A stretch of DNA of 64,000 nucleotides from an uncultured Gammaproteobacteria bacterium (GCA_963797555.1 CAWCPV010000004.1:288001-352000), one strand, 5' to 3'; counted from the first letter of the stretch, positions 11,459 to 24,442 are shown. Translations and numbers: made by a program. Notes: generated by a model not told the origin, from the sequence alone.

Positions 11459-13484
11459 GTCGCGCCGGGATAAGTTCGGTGCGTCTTGCAGGGTGAAAGT
11501 CCCCGTCGGGTAAGGGCTAGCCACCCGCCCGTATCGAGTCTTGCGTCTGTGGCGGAGCCGAGGGAGCGGCGAACAAGACAGGCGAAGCGTAGACAGAGCA
11601 TCCTGTAGGCCGTAGGGGTGACGCGCACCCTGAAGTGCTGGTACAGCTTCGAGATAGCTTGTTGCGGATGCCGAGGGTTTTAACGTGCCCGAAGGCCACA
11701 CGAAGCAGCCGTGTTGGCGAGGCTGTGGAGGTCCGCCGGAGTCCTCAGGCCGCGGCATGCAGGACGAGATGCGTCAGAGAACCCGGGAGGCCCCAACGGC
11801 TCCTACCGGAGGGAAGCATGGGTGTATGGCATACCGTTATTGAGGCACGCAAGGGGAAACCCCGACACAGGGTTAGACGGGAGCCTAAGCGCGTATGTGG
11901 AAGTCCGGTGCAGGCAGGCGGAGGAGTACTGTCAAAGGGAAAGCCCGCCGCATGCCGTTGGGGAGTCTTATCAGGCGTAGTACTCTGAGCATGGGAGAGC
12001 CATGTACCTGGGGAAGGACCTGACGGAAGTACGTAGCCTGCACAGGCCCCTCGTGCCGGACGGAGTCGGGCCGGGTCCACACGAGCCAACCTTCTTGCGG
12101 GCGATAGCCACCAAGGCGCAAGCCTGTCAGCAACATCGGTTTCAGGACCTCTGCCGGTGCCTGGACGCCGAGTTCCTGCGGCACTGCTGGGGCGACCTCA
12201 ACCAGGATGCGGCCAGTGGGGTGGACGGGGTGACGGCGGCCGAGTATGCGCAGGACCTGCATGCCAATATCCAGGCCCTGGCGGAGCGACTGAAGACCAA
12301 ACGCTACCGTGCCCAGCGGGTACGGCGTGTCTATATTCCCAAGGAGAACGGAACTGAAAGGCCGTTAGGCATCCCGGCGCTGGAGGATAAGCTGGTACAG
12401 CTCGCCTGTGCCAAGCTGCTCGTCGCCATCTACGAGCAAGACTTCCTCGCATGCAGCTATGGGTACCGACCAGAACGTGGCGCATTGGATGCGGTGCGAG
12501 AGTTGACCTTTGACCTGCAGTACGGGGTCTATGGCTATGTGGTAGAAGCCGACGTTAAAGGTTTCTTCGATAATCTCGACCACGACTGGCTGTTGGAGAT
12601 GCTGCGGTTGCGCATCGACGACCGGGCCTTTTTGGGACTGATTCGTCAATGGCTGAAGGCCGGTATTCTGGAGACCGACGGAGTGGTCATGCATCCCGAG
12701 ACCGGCACGCCGCAGGGCGGCATTGTCTCGCCGGTGCTGGCGAACGTGTACCTGCACCATGTGCTGGACCTGTGGTTCGAGCGGGTGGTCAAGCCCTATT
12801 GTCGTGGCGAGGCGCTGCTGTGCCGTTATGCCGATGATTGGGTGTGCGCCTTCCGCTACCGCGGCGATGCCGAGCGGTTCTACCGGGTGCTGCCGAAGCG
12901 GCTGGCGAAATTCGGCCTGCAAGTGGCGCCCGAAAAGACCCGTTGCCTGCGCTTCAGCCGCTTTCACCCGAGCAGGAAGCGGCGCTTCACCTTCTTGGGC
13001 TTCGAGTTCTACTGGATGCCCGACCGACAAGGTGTCAAGCGGGTGAAACGGCGCACTGCCCGCAAGAAGTTGCAGGCGGCGTGCCGTCGGATCAAGACAT
13101 GGATCAGGGACCACCGGCATCTGCCGGGGCGTGAGTTCTTCGCCGGCCTGAACCGCAGGCTGCGGGGGCATTACCACTACTACGGCGTTCGGGGCAACTT
13201 CGGCTGCGCTTTACCGCTTCTTTGACTGGGCCATCCGCTGTACGTTCAAGTGGCTCAACCGACGCGGCGGCAAGCGGCGCAGCTTCAACTGGGCGACCTT
13301 CGTCCAAGCCCTTGAGCGCGTGCAGGTAGAGCGCCCCCGCATCACCGAGGTCCGTCGGCGGAGGGTGTTCGCTTGAAGGCTGCACCTTGCGCGAAAGCGA
13401 GTACAACCGAGGAACCCGGTGCGGAAAAACTGCACGCCGGGGTCTGTGCGGGGGGCGTCGGGTAACCGGCGTCCCTACCGCGGA
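11459..13484 (+). mobile_element. Group II intron (boundaries approximate)
   Basis: 5' GTCGCGCC...GGGTGAAAGTCCC domain I motif. Internal RT ORF. D5 at 13412-13444, followed by D6 GGGGGCGTCGGGTAACCGGCGTCCCTACCGCG. Confidence 0.9.
12002..13376 (+). CDS. ltrA: Group II intron reverse transcriptase/maturase, no endonuclease domain; frameshift near 13205
   Basis: GVDGVT, RVYIPK.NG.ERPLGIP, SYGYRP, EADVKGFFD, GTPQGGIVSPVLANVYLH, RYADD, FTFLGF. The X domain continues in another frame (KWLNRRGGKRRSFNW) to TGA 13374-13376. Confidence 0.93.
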
Positions 13485-13812
13485 GGATGCGCCGGGTGGA
13501 GAGTATCGGAGCCCCCATCGAACGTCATTCTCGGCGTCGCACCCAAGCGGGAACTGATCGTCGAGCGCGGCCCGCACCGGGTTCCGGCGAGTCGCAAGGC
13601 TTTCTGGGCAGGTGTGCTAGGATCCGTGCCGCGGTGGGCGGAGTGACTGGCCGAGCGCGAGGGAATCACCCTGGAACAGGCCCAGCAATGTGCCGCCCAG
13701 ATGCGGGAGGACCTGGGCGAGCTTCGCGTCTCAGCTTTTCGGCACGCGGCGACCGCCTCGTAAGGTGCCGCGAGGGTCATTGCACGAGCAGCCACGCCTT
13801 ACGGAGCATCTA

Positions 13813-14442
13813 ATGGACGTTGCCCATACCATCGCTCTGACTCTCGGAGTCGGCTGGGCCAGCGGGATCAATCTGTATGCCGCGATGCTCACGCTTGGCC
13901 TTCTCGGCGCGACCGGGAGCATCCACCTGCCACCCGGATTGGACATCCTTTCGAACCCGCTGGTATTGGGGCCGGCGGGGCTGATGTACGTGATCGAGTT
14001 CTTCATGGACAAGGTGCCGGGGGTGGATACGGCGTGGGACACCCTCCACACGTTTATCCGCATCCCCGCCGGCGCCATACTCGCAGCGGGTGCGGTGGGG
14101 CATGTGGGCACGGCAGCCGAATTGGCCGCCGCGATCGTCGGCGGCTCGCTGGCAGCGGGGAGTCACGCCGCCAAGGCCGGCAGCCGAGTGCTCATCAATA
14201 CGTCTCCCGAGCCATTCAGCAACTGGGTGGCCTCCATCGGAGAGGACGTGGCGGTGATCGGCGGCCTTTGGGCCGCCCTCAAGCACCCGTGGGTCTTCGT
14301 GGCCCTCCTTGGGCTATTCATCCTGTTGATGGCCTGGTTGCTGCCAAAGATCTGGAGAGGAACGCGCCGGGTGTTCTCCGGGCTCGCCCGCGTGTTCGGC
14401 AGCGGGAGAGGAGAGCAGCCTCGGGACCCCAAGGGGCAGTGA
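13813..14442 (+). CDS. DUF4126-family membrane protein
   Basis: WASGINLYA, EFFMDKVPGVDTAWDTLHTFIRIPAGA, INTSPEPFSNWVASIGED. Confidence 0.88.
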   Translation: MDVAHTIALTLGVGWASGINLYAAMLTLGLLGATGSIHLPPGLDILSNPLVLGPAGLMYVIEFFMDKVPGVDTAWDTLHTFIRIPAGAILAAGAVGHVGTAAELAAAIVGGSLAAGSHAAKAGSRVLINTSPEPFSNWVASIGEDVAVIGGLWAALKHPWVFVALLGLFILLMAWLLPKIWRGTRRVFSGLARVFGSGRGEQPRDPKGQ

Positions 14443-14492
14443 CGGGGCTAATGTCAGGGCCGACCGCTGGCGTCCCGGCCAGCCCGTTTCGA

Positions 14493-15095
14493 CTACTGGG
14501 TGGCAGGGGTAGCGGAGGGGTCAGGCACGTCGCCGCGCGTCTTGGTGTGTGGATGGGCAATGCCTGCGCCCGAACCGCGTTCCGGCTTGGCCGGGGCCTG
14601 GTTAGAGGTCTTGGTGTCCCGACCGGCAACGGCAGACCCTCCGCCGGGAGTTGCGGCAGGCGGTTCCTGCAAGGGCTTGGGGTTGCCCAAGGATGCCCGG
14701 ATCTCCTTGCCGTCCTTCTCCAGAAGGACCTGTTTCTGGTCGATGTGCTTTATGCGATAACCCTCCAGCGTGGAGCCTTCCTTCAAAGTCAGCGCCTTTC
14801 CGCCGCGCCCCGTGGCATCGACGACGATGATCTGCACTAGCCTCACGTTCGGAGCGACGATAATTCCGGCAATGCGAAACGGCGGCTCGTCGGCGTTCCG
14901 GCGTGGCGAGCCCGGCACAATTTGGTGGCCCGCCACACCGGCCGCGCCCCTTGAAGGTGTCCCTGCCAGAGCCCTCGAGCAGGCGACGGAAAGGACCAGA
15001 GCCACCGCCAAAGAGCGGCCTCGCTTCCGTGCCGGCAAGGCGAGACAGGGAAACGCCGTCCACCTCCCACGGTCGGTGAGCGCCGGGGCCAGCAT
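14493..15095 (-). CDS. Exported protein with PilP/GspC-like beta domain
   Basis: Signal-like LAVALVLSVACSRALAG; FRIAGII...LKEGSTLEGYRIKHIDQKQVLLEKDG. Start uncertain. Confidence 0.6.
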   Translation of the reverse strand: MLAPALTDRGRWTAFPCLALPARKRGRSLAVALVLSVACSRALAGTPSRGAAGVAGHQIVPGSPRRNADEPPFRIAGIIVAPNVRLVQIIVVDATGRGGKALTLKEGSTLEGYRIKHIDQKQVLLEKDGKEIRASLGNPKPLQEPPAATPGGGSAVAGRDTKTSNQAPAKPERGSGAGIAHPHTKTRGDVPDPSATPATQ

Positions 15096-15154
15096 GGATG
15101 CGCGCTTCCGGATCCTGAATCCTCTTGGTGGGCTTTCGCGCCAGGTGTGTCGTT

Positions 15155-15547
15155 TCACGCCAGTGGGCGAAGATGTCGGGCGCGGGGCGCGACCCCGACG
15201 GCGCTGCACGAACGCTCCAACTCCGCTAACAGCCGTTTCGCCTTGCGCAACCACGAGCAGGTATCGCAGCGACAGCTCCCCCGGTTGTGGCCCGGTTCAG
15301 CGGGGCGAATATGGAGCAGCTCGACAGCGAAATCCAGAGAGCCCCGCAGTTGCTCGATCGACTTGGCCTGCAGCGCTGAGCACTCGTCGTTCATGCATAG
15401 CCAGCGGCATTCCGGGCCGTAGTAGCATCCATCGCAACGGGAGTCAGTCGAGCAGTATTGCCCCGCGTGGCGGCACTGCTGCAACTCGATGGTGTCCCGC
15501 ACGACTTCTCTGGCATAGACCAACGTGGCGACGATTCTTGCTTTCAT
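15155..15547 (-). CDS. Cys/His-rich hypothetical protein, possibly metal-binding
   Basis: CRH...C...CDGC.....C and H....CRCDTC clusters. RBS GGGGGA. Confidence 0.7.
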   Translation of the reverse strand: MKARIVATLVYAREVVRDTIELQQCRHAGQYCSTDSRCDGCYYGPECRWLCMNDECSALQAKSIEQLRGSLDFAVELLHIRPAEPGHNRGSCRCDTCSWLRKAKRLLAELERSCSAVGVAPRARHLRPLA

Positions 15548-15887
15548 GGCAGTCCCCCGGGGCCGCAAGGGCCGAAGTCACGGCACCTATCATGATGAGG
15601 GCTCGATACGCTCATCCAGCCTGATAGAAGTATGGCATGGCTGCGGCACCAGCGAGAACCACTTTTGGTCGCTGGTGCGCCCTCAGAACTCGCGTCTGGG
15701 CAGACTCCTGCCGGGAACCAAAGACCCGGCCAGGGGGTCAACTATTCCGAGTCTGCAGGTCACTGCAAGGGAGATAAGTGATGGACCGGGCCGTGGTGCC
15801 CGTATCTCGCAGTGCCCTCGCCTGCGGCGGAGAGGATCTCCGACCGGCGCAAAGACGGCGTAAAGACGTAGAACGTGGAGAACGGCC

Positions 15888-16214
15888 ATGAACGCCTCCG
15901 AGTTTCAAGAGTTTCTCGAAGGGATGTCCGACAGGGATCTCCTGCGTTATGCCAGGGAGTATACCCGGCGCTCCATTGCAGAGTCGGACGATCCCCGTTC
16001 AGAGATCCACTCGATGCTGGATCTGGTGTTCGGAGAGTGCCTGCTGCGTGGCAGGGAATGGCTATATGACAAAGCGCGCGAGCACGTATTGCGGGAGAGC
16101 GGCGCCTCCGCGGAGGCCCATCCGCCGCGCCGCCGCGCGCGGCCGCGCGATTGGATTCCAGCGGAGCCAATCGACGACGAGGAGCCCCACGACCTCTATC
16201 TGGAGATCGACTGA
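15888..16214 (+). CDS. Hypothetical helical protein
   Basis: GGAGA RBS; normal codon usage; lies directly upstream of ftsH. Confidence 0.7.
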   Translation: MNASEFQEFLEGMSDRDLLRYAREYTRRSIAESDDPRSEIHSMLDLVFGECLLRGREWLYDKAREHVLRESGASAEAHPPRRRARPRDWIPAEPIDDEEPHDLYLEID

Positions 16215-16226
16215 CCCGAGGACGTT

Positions 16227-18149
<1,923 letters not shown>

Positions 18150-18343
18150 CCACGGTGCCGCCCACGCGCGCGGCGAGCCGCCCCGGTGTCACGGGACAGA
18201 GGAGAAGTGGCGCGATGCGGTGCGGAGAACCCCCGTGTTCGCGGTGAGCCGCCCTGCTGGCGCTATGAACCTCGGGCCTGCTGCGGCGCGCCGCGCAGTC
18301 ACGCATTCATCATCGCCGGCGTAGCCACCTCTAGCCACGGCAC

Positions 18344-18811
18344 GTGCCAGATCTAGGCAACACGGCGGGCGCGCGGCGGACCGTCGCCTTCCACCGCAGC
18401 GCCCAGGGCGTCCCTCTGGCCGAGGCAGCGTCGTGGGCAGACGCGCTGTACGGGCTGGGGTGGCTGCACGGTCGGGATCGGGGCGCTCAGGTCTGCCTGG
18501 CGCGAATCGTTGCACAGGGGCGGCTCTGCGAGCTACTGCGGGACGAGGCCGAGACCCTGGCCGCGGATCTCTATTTCCGCAGGCTGGCGCTCGCGCGCGA
18601 TGCCCGCGATCACATCCAACGCCTCCCCTCGGCCTCCCTCACTCTGCTCGATGCTTACTGTCAGGGGTTGACCGACGCACTGCAGGCCCATCGGCCCTGG
18701 CCCCTGAGGCTCGCTGGGTATCAGCCGGAGCCATTTTTGCCGTCCGACGGGCGGAAAGCGGGGATCCTCGCGGACGCGCGCTTGCCTCGCAGCCGATGCG
18801 CATCTATCTAG
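18344..18811 (+). pseudogene. Penicillin acylase-family N-terminal fragment
   Basis: HRSAQGVP...[15 protein letters not shown]...[12 protein letters not shown]...DAYCQG. Ends before the beta subunit. Confidence 0.7.
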
Positions 18812-20037
18812 TCGGCGGAGCCGTCCGCGACAAGCTGCTGGGTCGCCCGGTCGAGGAACGGGACTGGGTGGTCGTGGGGGCCACATACGAGATCATGGAG
18901 GTTCGGGGTTTCCGCCAAGTCGGCAAGGACTTCCCGGTATTCCTGCATCCAGAGACCCACGAGGAGTACGCGCTCGCCCGCACCGAGCGCAAGGCGGGTA
19001 GGGGCTACACCGGCTTCACCGTTCACGCCTCGCCCGACGTTACCCTGGAGCAGGACCTCGAGCGGCGTGACTTGACCATTAACGCCATGGCGCAGGCCGA
19101 AGACGGGGCCATCATCGACCCGTTCCGCGGCCGGGAAGATCTCGCCCGCGGCGTCCTGCGGCATGTGTCTTGCGCCTTCGTCGAGGACCCCCTGCGCCTC
19201 CTGCGGGTCGCCCGCTTCGCGGCCCGCTTCGGGTTCCACGTGGCTCCCGAGACGAACGAGCTGATGGGCGAGATGGTACGTTGCGGGGAAATAGACTACC
19301 TGGTCCCGGAACGAGTGTGGAAGGAGCTGGAGCGCGCCCTCGGCGAGCCGCGCCCCAGCCGGTTCTTTCAGGTTCTGCGGGGTTGCGGCGCCCTCGCCCG
19401 GCTGTTCCCCGAGATCGACCGGTTGTTTGGGGTGCCGCAGCCGCGCCAGCACCACCCGGAGATCGACGTGGGCGTGCACACGCTGCTGGTGCTGGAACAA
19501 GCGGCTCGGCTCACCGACGATCGGACCACCCGCTTCTCGGCCCTGACCCATGACCTGGGTAAAGGGCTCACGCCGCCCGAGGAGTGGCCGAGGCACCTGG
19601 GGCATGAAGAACGGGGGATCGGCCTCGTTCGCGAGTTGTGCGGCCGGCTGCGCGCCCCGAACCAGTACCGAGCGCTGGCCGAGCTGGTGGCCAGATACCA
19701 TGGCGACTGCCACCGCGCGACGGAGTTGCGACCCGCAACGCTGCTGAATATCCTCACGGCGCTCGATGCCCTGCGCCGCCCGGGCCGGCTGGCGGCTTTC
19801 TTGGCGGCATGTCAGGCGGACTCCCAAGGCAGACCGGGTTACGAGGAGGGACCTTACCCGCAGGCGGACATCTTCAGACGCGCGTTGAAGGCCGTGCGAT
19901 CGGTGAGCGCCCGGCCGCTTCAGGAGGGCGGACTAACGGGGGCGGCCTTGGGAGAGGCACTGCACCGCCAGCACGTCGAGGCCATCGGGCGCGCCCTGTC
20001 CGTCCGCGACGGCCGAACTCCCCCTGAGCGTCTGTGA
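18796..20037 (+). CDS. cca: Multifunctional CCA-adding enzyme
   Basis: [45 protein letters not shown] domain HDLGK. Confidence 0.97.
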   Translation: MRIYLVGGAVRDKLLGRPVEERDWVVVGATYEIMEVRGFRQVGKDFPVFLHPETHEEYALARTERKAGRGYTGFTVHASPDVTLEQDLERRDLTINAMAQAEDGAIIDPFRGREDLARGVLRHVSCAFVEDPLRLLRVARFAARFGFHVAPETNELMGEMVRCGEIDYLVPERVWKELERALGEPRPSRFFQVLRGCGALARLFPEIDRLFGVPQPRQHHPEIDVGVHTLLVLEQAARLTDDRTTRFSALTHDLGKGLTPPEEWPRHLGHEERGIGLVRELCGRLRAPNQYRALAELVARYHGDCHRATELRPATLLNILTALDALRRPGRLAAFLAACQADSQGRPGYEEGPYPQADIFRRALKAVRSVSARPLQEGGLTGAALGEALHRQHVEAIGRALSVRDGRTPPERL

Positions 20038-20283
20038 AAAACCCCCGCTCCGTCGGTAAGATTCGATGTGGGCGAGACATATACAGTTGATAGGCGAGGA
20101 GCGACCGAATGGCAGGATAGGCATTCGGCACGTCCGCGGGACGCCCCAAAGGGGTGGCGCACAGGGAAGTACGCCATGAAAAACCGCGCAAAGCTGCCAG
20201 GGGCACGCGCAACGCTTCGTGGGCCTTGCGCTCGGGCCGCGCGCGACGATTCTCTCACAAAACTTTGAGCTTGAGGGTCTTTC

Positions 20284-21504
20284 TCAGGGCATCGTTTCGG
20301 AGAGTCCCAGACGGTGGCTACGATCCCGGTCGAACCCCACCCGCGGCCGCGCTATTCCCCGCGTCAGCGCCATGACCTTGAACAGTTCCCCCATCTCGCT
20401 CGGCATGACGAGCCGCTTGACCTGCTGGGCAACCTCCATCTGTGCGTGCGCATCTTTTCCGGCCGCAGTCTCGGCGAACTCCGCCAGCCCAGTCGCGAGC
20501 AGGAAATCCGCCTGCGTCGTGTAGCCAGCGAGAGTCAGCCCGGCCTCGATCCCCGCCTCTGCCAGGCCGGTGAAGTCCAGGTGGGCGGTAATGTCCTGCA
20601 GACCCGGGAGAACCCGTGGATCTCCGTGGGCGCGGTGCCGATAGTGGCACATGAGGGTGCCTTGGCTCCTCTGCGGGTGGTAGTACTCCGGGCGCGGAAA
20701 ACCGTAGTCGATGACGAGCAGGGTGCCCCTCTCCAGGATCTCAGCCATGGAGCGGACCCAGGGGCCCATCGTGAGGTTGATCTCAGTGTCGTACTCGGCC
20801 GGCAGGTCCACCACCGCCCTCAGCCGCGCCACGGCCTCCTCGACCGGCGCGGACGCGGGCCGCAGCCTCCAGACGAAGGCCGAGCCCTCCCAGGCTATGT
20901 GGTACTCCATGACCTCGTTGGCAGCGATGCGGACCCGGTGCACCGGCAGGGCGTCGAGTACCTCGTTGGCCAGCATCACGCCTTGGAATGGTATCTCGGG
21001 CAACCGGTCGAGCCATCGAACGCGCTCGGCGAGACCGGGAATGCGCTGACGGATCAGGCGCTGCTGGCGCTCGCGCAGGTCAGCGCTCACCTCGAGGATC
21101 AGGTATCGCTCGGGAATGCAGTTGTGGAAGGCCAGGTCCTCCAGCAGCCCAGCGGCGAGCCGCCCAGTGCCCGCCCCCAGTTCCAGCAGGTCCCCCCCGC
21201 CGAGCCCCTCCAGCACCTCTCGGCACTGGCGGGCGACGCAGCGAGCGAACAACGGGGAAATTTCGGGAGCGGTGACGAAGTCACCGTCGGGGCCGAGCTT
21301 GGCCGTTCCGGCGCTGTAGTAGCCCAGCCCCGGGGCGTAGAGCGCGAGCTGCATATAGCGGGCGAACGGGATGCTCCGACCGCCGCGCGCGATCTCGTCG
21401 CGGATGAGGCGAGCAAGCTGCGCGCTGTGATCCCTTGCGGCGCCATCAGGCTCGGGCAGGCCGGCGGAGGCGGCACCTGGGTCACTGCGAGGCAGAGTCG
21501 TCAC
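20284..21504 (-). CDS. SAM-dependent methyltransferase, MidA/NDUFAF7 family
   Basis: YMQLALYAPGLGYY, GDFVTAPEIS, LELGAGTG, ANEVLDALP, IDYG, QDITAHLDF, EMGELFKV. Confidence 0.92.
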   Translation of the reverse strand: MTTLPRSDPGAASAGLPEPDGAARDHSAQLARLIRDEIARGGRSIPFARYMQLALYAPGLGYYSAGTAKLGPDGDFVTAPEISPLFARCVARQCREVLEGLGGGDLLELGAGTGRLAAGLLEDLAFHNCIPERYLILEVSADLRERQQRLIRQRIPGLAERVRWLDRLPEIPFQGVMLANEVLDALPVHRVRIAANEVMEYHIAWEGSAFVWRLRPASAPVEEAVARLRAVVDLPAEYDTEINLTMGPWVRSMAEILERGTLLVIDYGFPRPEYYHPQRSQGTLMCHYRHRAHGDPRVLPGLQDITAHLDFTGLAEAGIEAGLTLAGYTTQADFLLATGLAEFAETAAGKDAHAQMEVAQQVKRLVMPSEMGELFKVMALTRGIARPRVGFDRDRSHRLGLSETMP

Positions 21505-21608
21505 CGCTGCGCAAAACTGATTTAATAGCCCCAAGGTGGCGGACGCCCAATGGCACCGCCCCAAGCAGGCACTTCGGACGGTTGGGGCCACAGTCTTGGA
21601 GGCGCAGC

Positions 21609-22359
21609 GTGGAGAATCGTTCCCGTCTGTCCGGCAAGGTCGTCCTCATCACCGGGGGAGCGCGCCGCGTGGGCGCAGTCGTCGCCCGCGCCCTGCACGG
21701 TGCCGGCATGAACCTGGTAGTGCACTACCGCTCTTCGGAGGGCGAAGCGCGCGCCCTGCAGGACGAACTCCAGTCCGGGCGACCTGCCTCGGTAGCCGTA
21801 ATACGGGCAGACCTCCTGGAGACGTCTCCGCCTCTCGGCTTTTGTCCAGGAAGCGGCCGCGACGTGGGGTCGCCTCGACGCCCTGATCAACAACGCGTCC
21901 AGCTTCTATCCGACGCCCGTCGGAACCGCCACGCAAACCCAGTGGGACGAGCTGCTGGGCTCCAACCTCAAGGCCCCCTTTTTTCTGTGCCAGGCCGCCG
22001 CCCCCTATCTGGAGCAGACCTCGGGCTGCATCGTCAACATGACCGACATTTACGCAGAGCGACCGCTCAAGGCATACCCCATCTACAGCGTGGCCAAGGC
22101 AGGTCTCGTCATGCTGACCAAAGCGCTGGCTCGGGAGCTGGCGCCGGCCGTGCGCGTCAACGCCGTGGCGCCGGGCGCAATCCTCTGGCCGGATGACATG
22201 GACGACGTCATGCGCAAGCACATCCTCTCCCGCATTGCCCTGAAGCGGGAGGGGCGTCCCGAGGACATCGCGCGCGCCGTGTTGTTCTTGGTGCGCGACG
22301 GCGACTACGTCACCGGCCAAGTGATCGCCGTGGACGGGGGTCGCTCCATATACGCGTGA
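21609..22359 (+). CDS. folM: Pteridine reductase (FolM-like SDR); frameshift near 21830, likely sequencing error
   Basis: TGGARRVG, NNASSFY, YSVAK, VRVNAVAPG across two frames. Adjacent to folB. Confidence 0.85.
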
Positions 22360-22379
22360 GAGTCCCCCGCCTCTGCTCC

Positions 22380-22736
22380 TCAGGCCCTCACCCCGCGTTC
22401 GATCAAGACACCCACGTCCCTGGCCCCGCGGACGGCTCCGGGCTTGTTCACGCGCAGCCTCAGCCAGTCGATGGGAAACTCCTCGAGCAGGAGTTCGGCC
22501 ACGCGCTCCGCCAGGGTCTCTACCAGGTGGAACTGGCCCGCCCCGACGAAGGCGGTGAGGCGCTTGGCAACGGCCTTGTAATTCAGCGCGTCGCCCAAGT
22601 TGTCGCTGGCAGCGGCCCCCCGGATATCGAAACCCAGGTCCAGGTCGAGGACGACGGTCTGCTCGATGCGCCTCTCCCAGTCGAAGGCGCCGATGACCGT
22701 CTCAATCCTGAGACCGTGCAGGAACACGATGTCCAT
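22380..22736 (-). CDS. folB: Dihydroneopterin aldolase
   Basis: MDIVFLHGLRIETVIG...WER...LVETLAE...KPGAV...VGVLIER. Confidence 0.96.
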   Translation of the reverse strand: MDIVFLHGLRIETVIGAFDWERRIEQTVVLDLDLGFDIRGAAASDNLGDALNYKAVAKRLTAFVGAGQFHLVETLAERVAELLLEEFPIDWLRLRVNKPGAVRGARDVGVLIERGVRA

Positions 22737-22820
22737 CCTCGGACCTCTCGGCAGGCGCGGCTCGCCCGTAGTCGCACCCTACGCTTGACCGAGAGTCATT
22801 TTACCCGTTTCAATAGCGCC

Positions 22821-23414
22821 ATGCTAAGCGCGCTGCTAGCAGTGGCGTTGGCCTACCTGCTGGGCTCGGCGTCGAGCGCCGTCATCGTGTGTCGGCTCCA
22901 GGGCTTGCCCGACCCCCGAACCATCGGTTCGGGCAACCCCGGGGCTACCAACGTGCTGCGCGTGGCGGGAAAGGGCACGGCAGCCGTGGTGCTAGCCGCA
23001 GACATGCTGAAGGGCTTCCTCCCCGTGACCATGGCGGGCGCCCTCGGGGCTTCCGCGGCGGTGATGGCTCTGACTGGGATGGCGGCCTTCCTGGGACACC
23101 TGTATCCGGTATTCTTCCGGTTCCGCGGCGGCAAGGGTGTCGCCACTTACCTGGGAGTCCTCATCGCCCTCTCATGGCTGGCGGGTCTCGCCACGGTGGC
23201 GACCTGGCTGGCTGTGGCCTTGGTGTTCCGATACTCCTCGCTCGCCGCCATCACAGCGTCCGTGCTCAGCCCTCTTTACGTGGCACTCGGCAGCGCCACG
23301 CCGGAGTGGACGTTGGCCTGCGTCGTAATGAGTGCGCTGTTGCTGTGGCGCCACCGCACGAATATCCACAAACTCCTGTCCGGAAACGAGGAGAAGATCG
23401 GCACCCGAGCGTGA
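22821..23414 (+). CDS. plsY: Glycerol-3-phosphate acyltransferase PlsY
   Basis: AYLLGS, GSGNPGATNVLR, GHLYPVFFRFRGGKGVAT, RHRTNI. Confidence 0.96.
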   Translation: MLSALLAVALAYLLGSASSAVIVCRLQGLPDPRTIGSGNPGATNVLRVAGKGTAAVVLAADMLKGFLPVTMAGALGASAAVMALTGMAAFLGHLYPVFFRFRGGKGVATYLGVLIALSWLAGLATVATWLAVALVFRYSSLAAITASVLSPLYVALGSATPEWTLACVVMSALLLWRHRTNIHKLLSGNEEKIGTRA

Positions 23415-23428
23415 GCGGCCGCGGCGCT

Positions 23429-24442
23429 TCATAACGGCGCGAGGCTTTCCAGCGACCAGCGCGGCTTGACGCGGAAAGCCAGCGGCTCGCGGTGTCCGGC
23501 CTCCAGGCGCCGGGAGCCCGCGTAAGCGATCATGGCGCCGTTGTCGGTACAGAACTCCACTCTAGGGTAGTAGCAGCGCGCCCCCGCATCGGCCGCGAGG
23601 GTTTGCAGCCGCTGGCGCAAGCGGCGGTTCGCCCCCACGCCTCCGGCCACCACCAGGCGCTCCAGGCCGGTGTGCTCCAGTGCCCGCCGGCACTTGATGG
23701 CAAGGGTGTCGACGACGGCCTCCTGGAACGCCGCCGCGATGTCGGCCCGAACCTCGGGGCCACCTTCGCCCGCTCTCAGCATGGTGATGACGTGGGTCTT
23801 CAGTCCGCTGAAGCTGAAGTCGAGCCCGGGACGGTCGGTCATGGGGCGCGGGAAGTGCAAGCGCTGGGCGTCCCCGTCCTCGGCAAGCCGCGCCACGGCG
23901 GGGCCGCCGGGATAGCCCAGCCCCAGCGCCTTCGCCACCTTATCGAAGGCCTCGCCCGCTGCGTCGTCCAGCGACTCGCCCAGCACGTCGTAGCGGCCGA
24001 TGCCCTGCACCTTCACCAGCATCGTGTGGCCCCCCGAGACGAGCAGGGCCACGAAGGGGAAATCCGGGGGCTCCGGCTCGAGCAGGGGCGCCAGCAGATG
24101 AGCTTCCATGTGGTGTACGCCTACGGCCGGAACCGACCACGCCCACGCCAGGCTGCGGCCGAGGGCCGCCCCGACCAGCAGGGCGCCCATCAGCCCCGGA
24201 CCCGCCGTATAAGCCACCCCATCGATGCCCCGCGCGCCACACCCGGCTTCTTCCAGCACTTGGCGTAGCAACGGCGGCAGCTTGCGTACATGGTCTCGGG
24301 AGGCCAGCTCGGGCACTACGCCGCCGAAGGGAGAGTGGATCGCTATTTGGCTGTGGAGGGCGTGGGCCAACAGGCCCCGGCTGTCGTCGTAGACCGCGAC
24401 ACCCGTCTCGTCACAGGAGGTCTCGATACCGAGCACGCGCAT
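23429..24442 (-). CDS. tsaD: tRNA t6A threonylcarbamoyltransferase TsaD
   Basis: [48 protein letters not shown]. Confidence 0.98.
   Translation of the reverse strand: MRVLGIETSCDETGVAVYDDSRGLLAHALHSQIAIHSPFGGVVPELASRDHVRKLPPLLRQVLEEAGCGARGIDGVAYTAGPGLMGALLVGAALGRSLAWAWSVPAVGVHHMEAHLLAPLLEPEPPDFPFVALLVSGGHTMLVKVQGIGRYDVLGESLDDAAGEAFDKVAKALGLGYPGGPAVARLAEDGDAQRLHFPRPMTDRPGLDFSFSGLKTHVITMLRAGEGGPEVRADIAAAFQEAVVDTLAIKCRRALEHTGLERLVVAGGVGANRRLRQRLQTLAADAGARCYYPRVEFCTDNGAMIAYAGSRRLEAGHREPLAFRVKPRWSLESLAPL

Noticed and set aside
10375-11628. 417-aa ORF and other long shadow ORFs (e.g. 5104-6294, 48588-49865, 52752-54095, 5' part of 60585-62468)
   Set aside because: Antisense or off-frame to real genes or intron RNA, with no motifs; expected at high GC.
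12002-13376. DGR, retron or defence RT
   Set aside because: It has a maturase domain and D5/D6 ribozyme structure; no TR/VR pair or msr-msd was seen.
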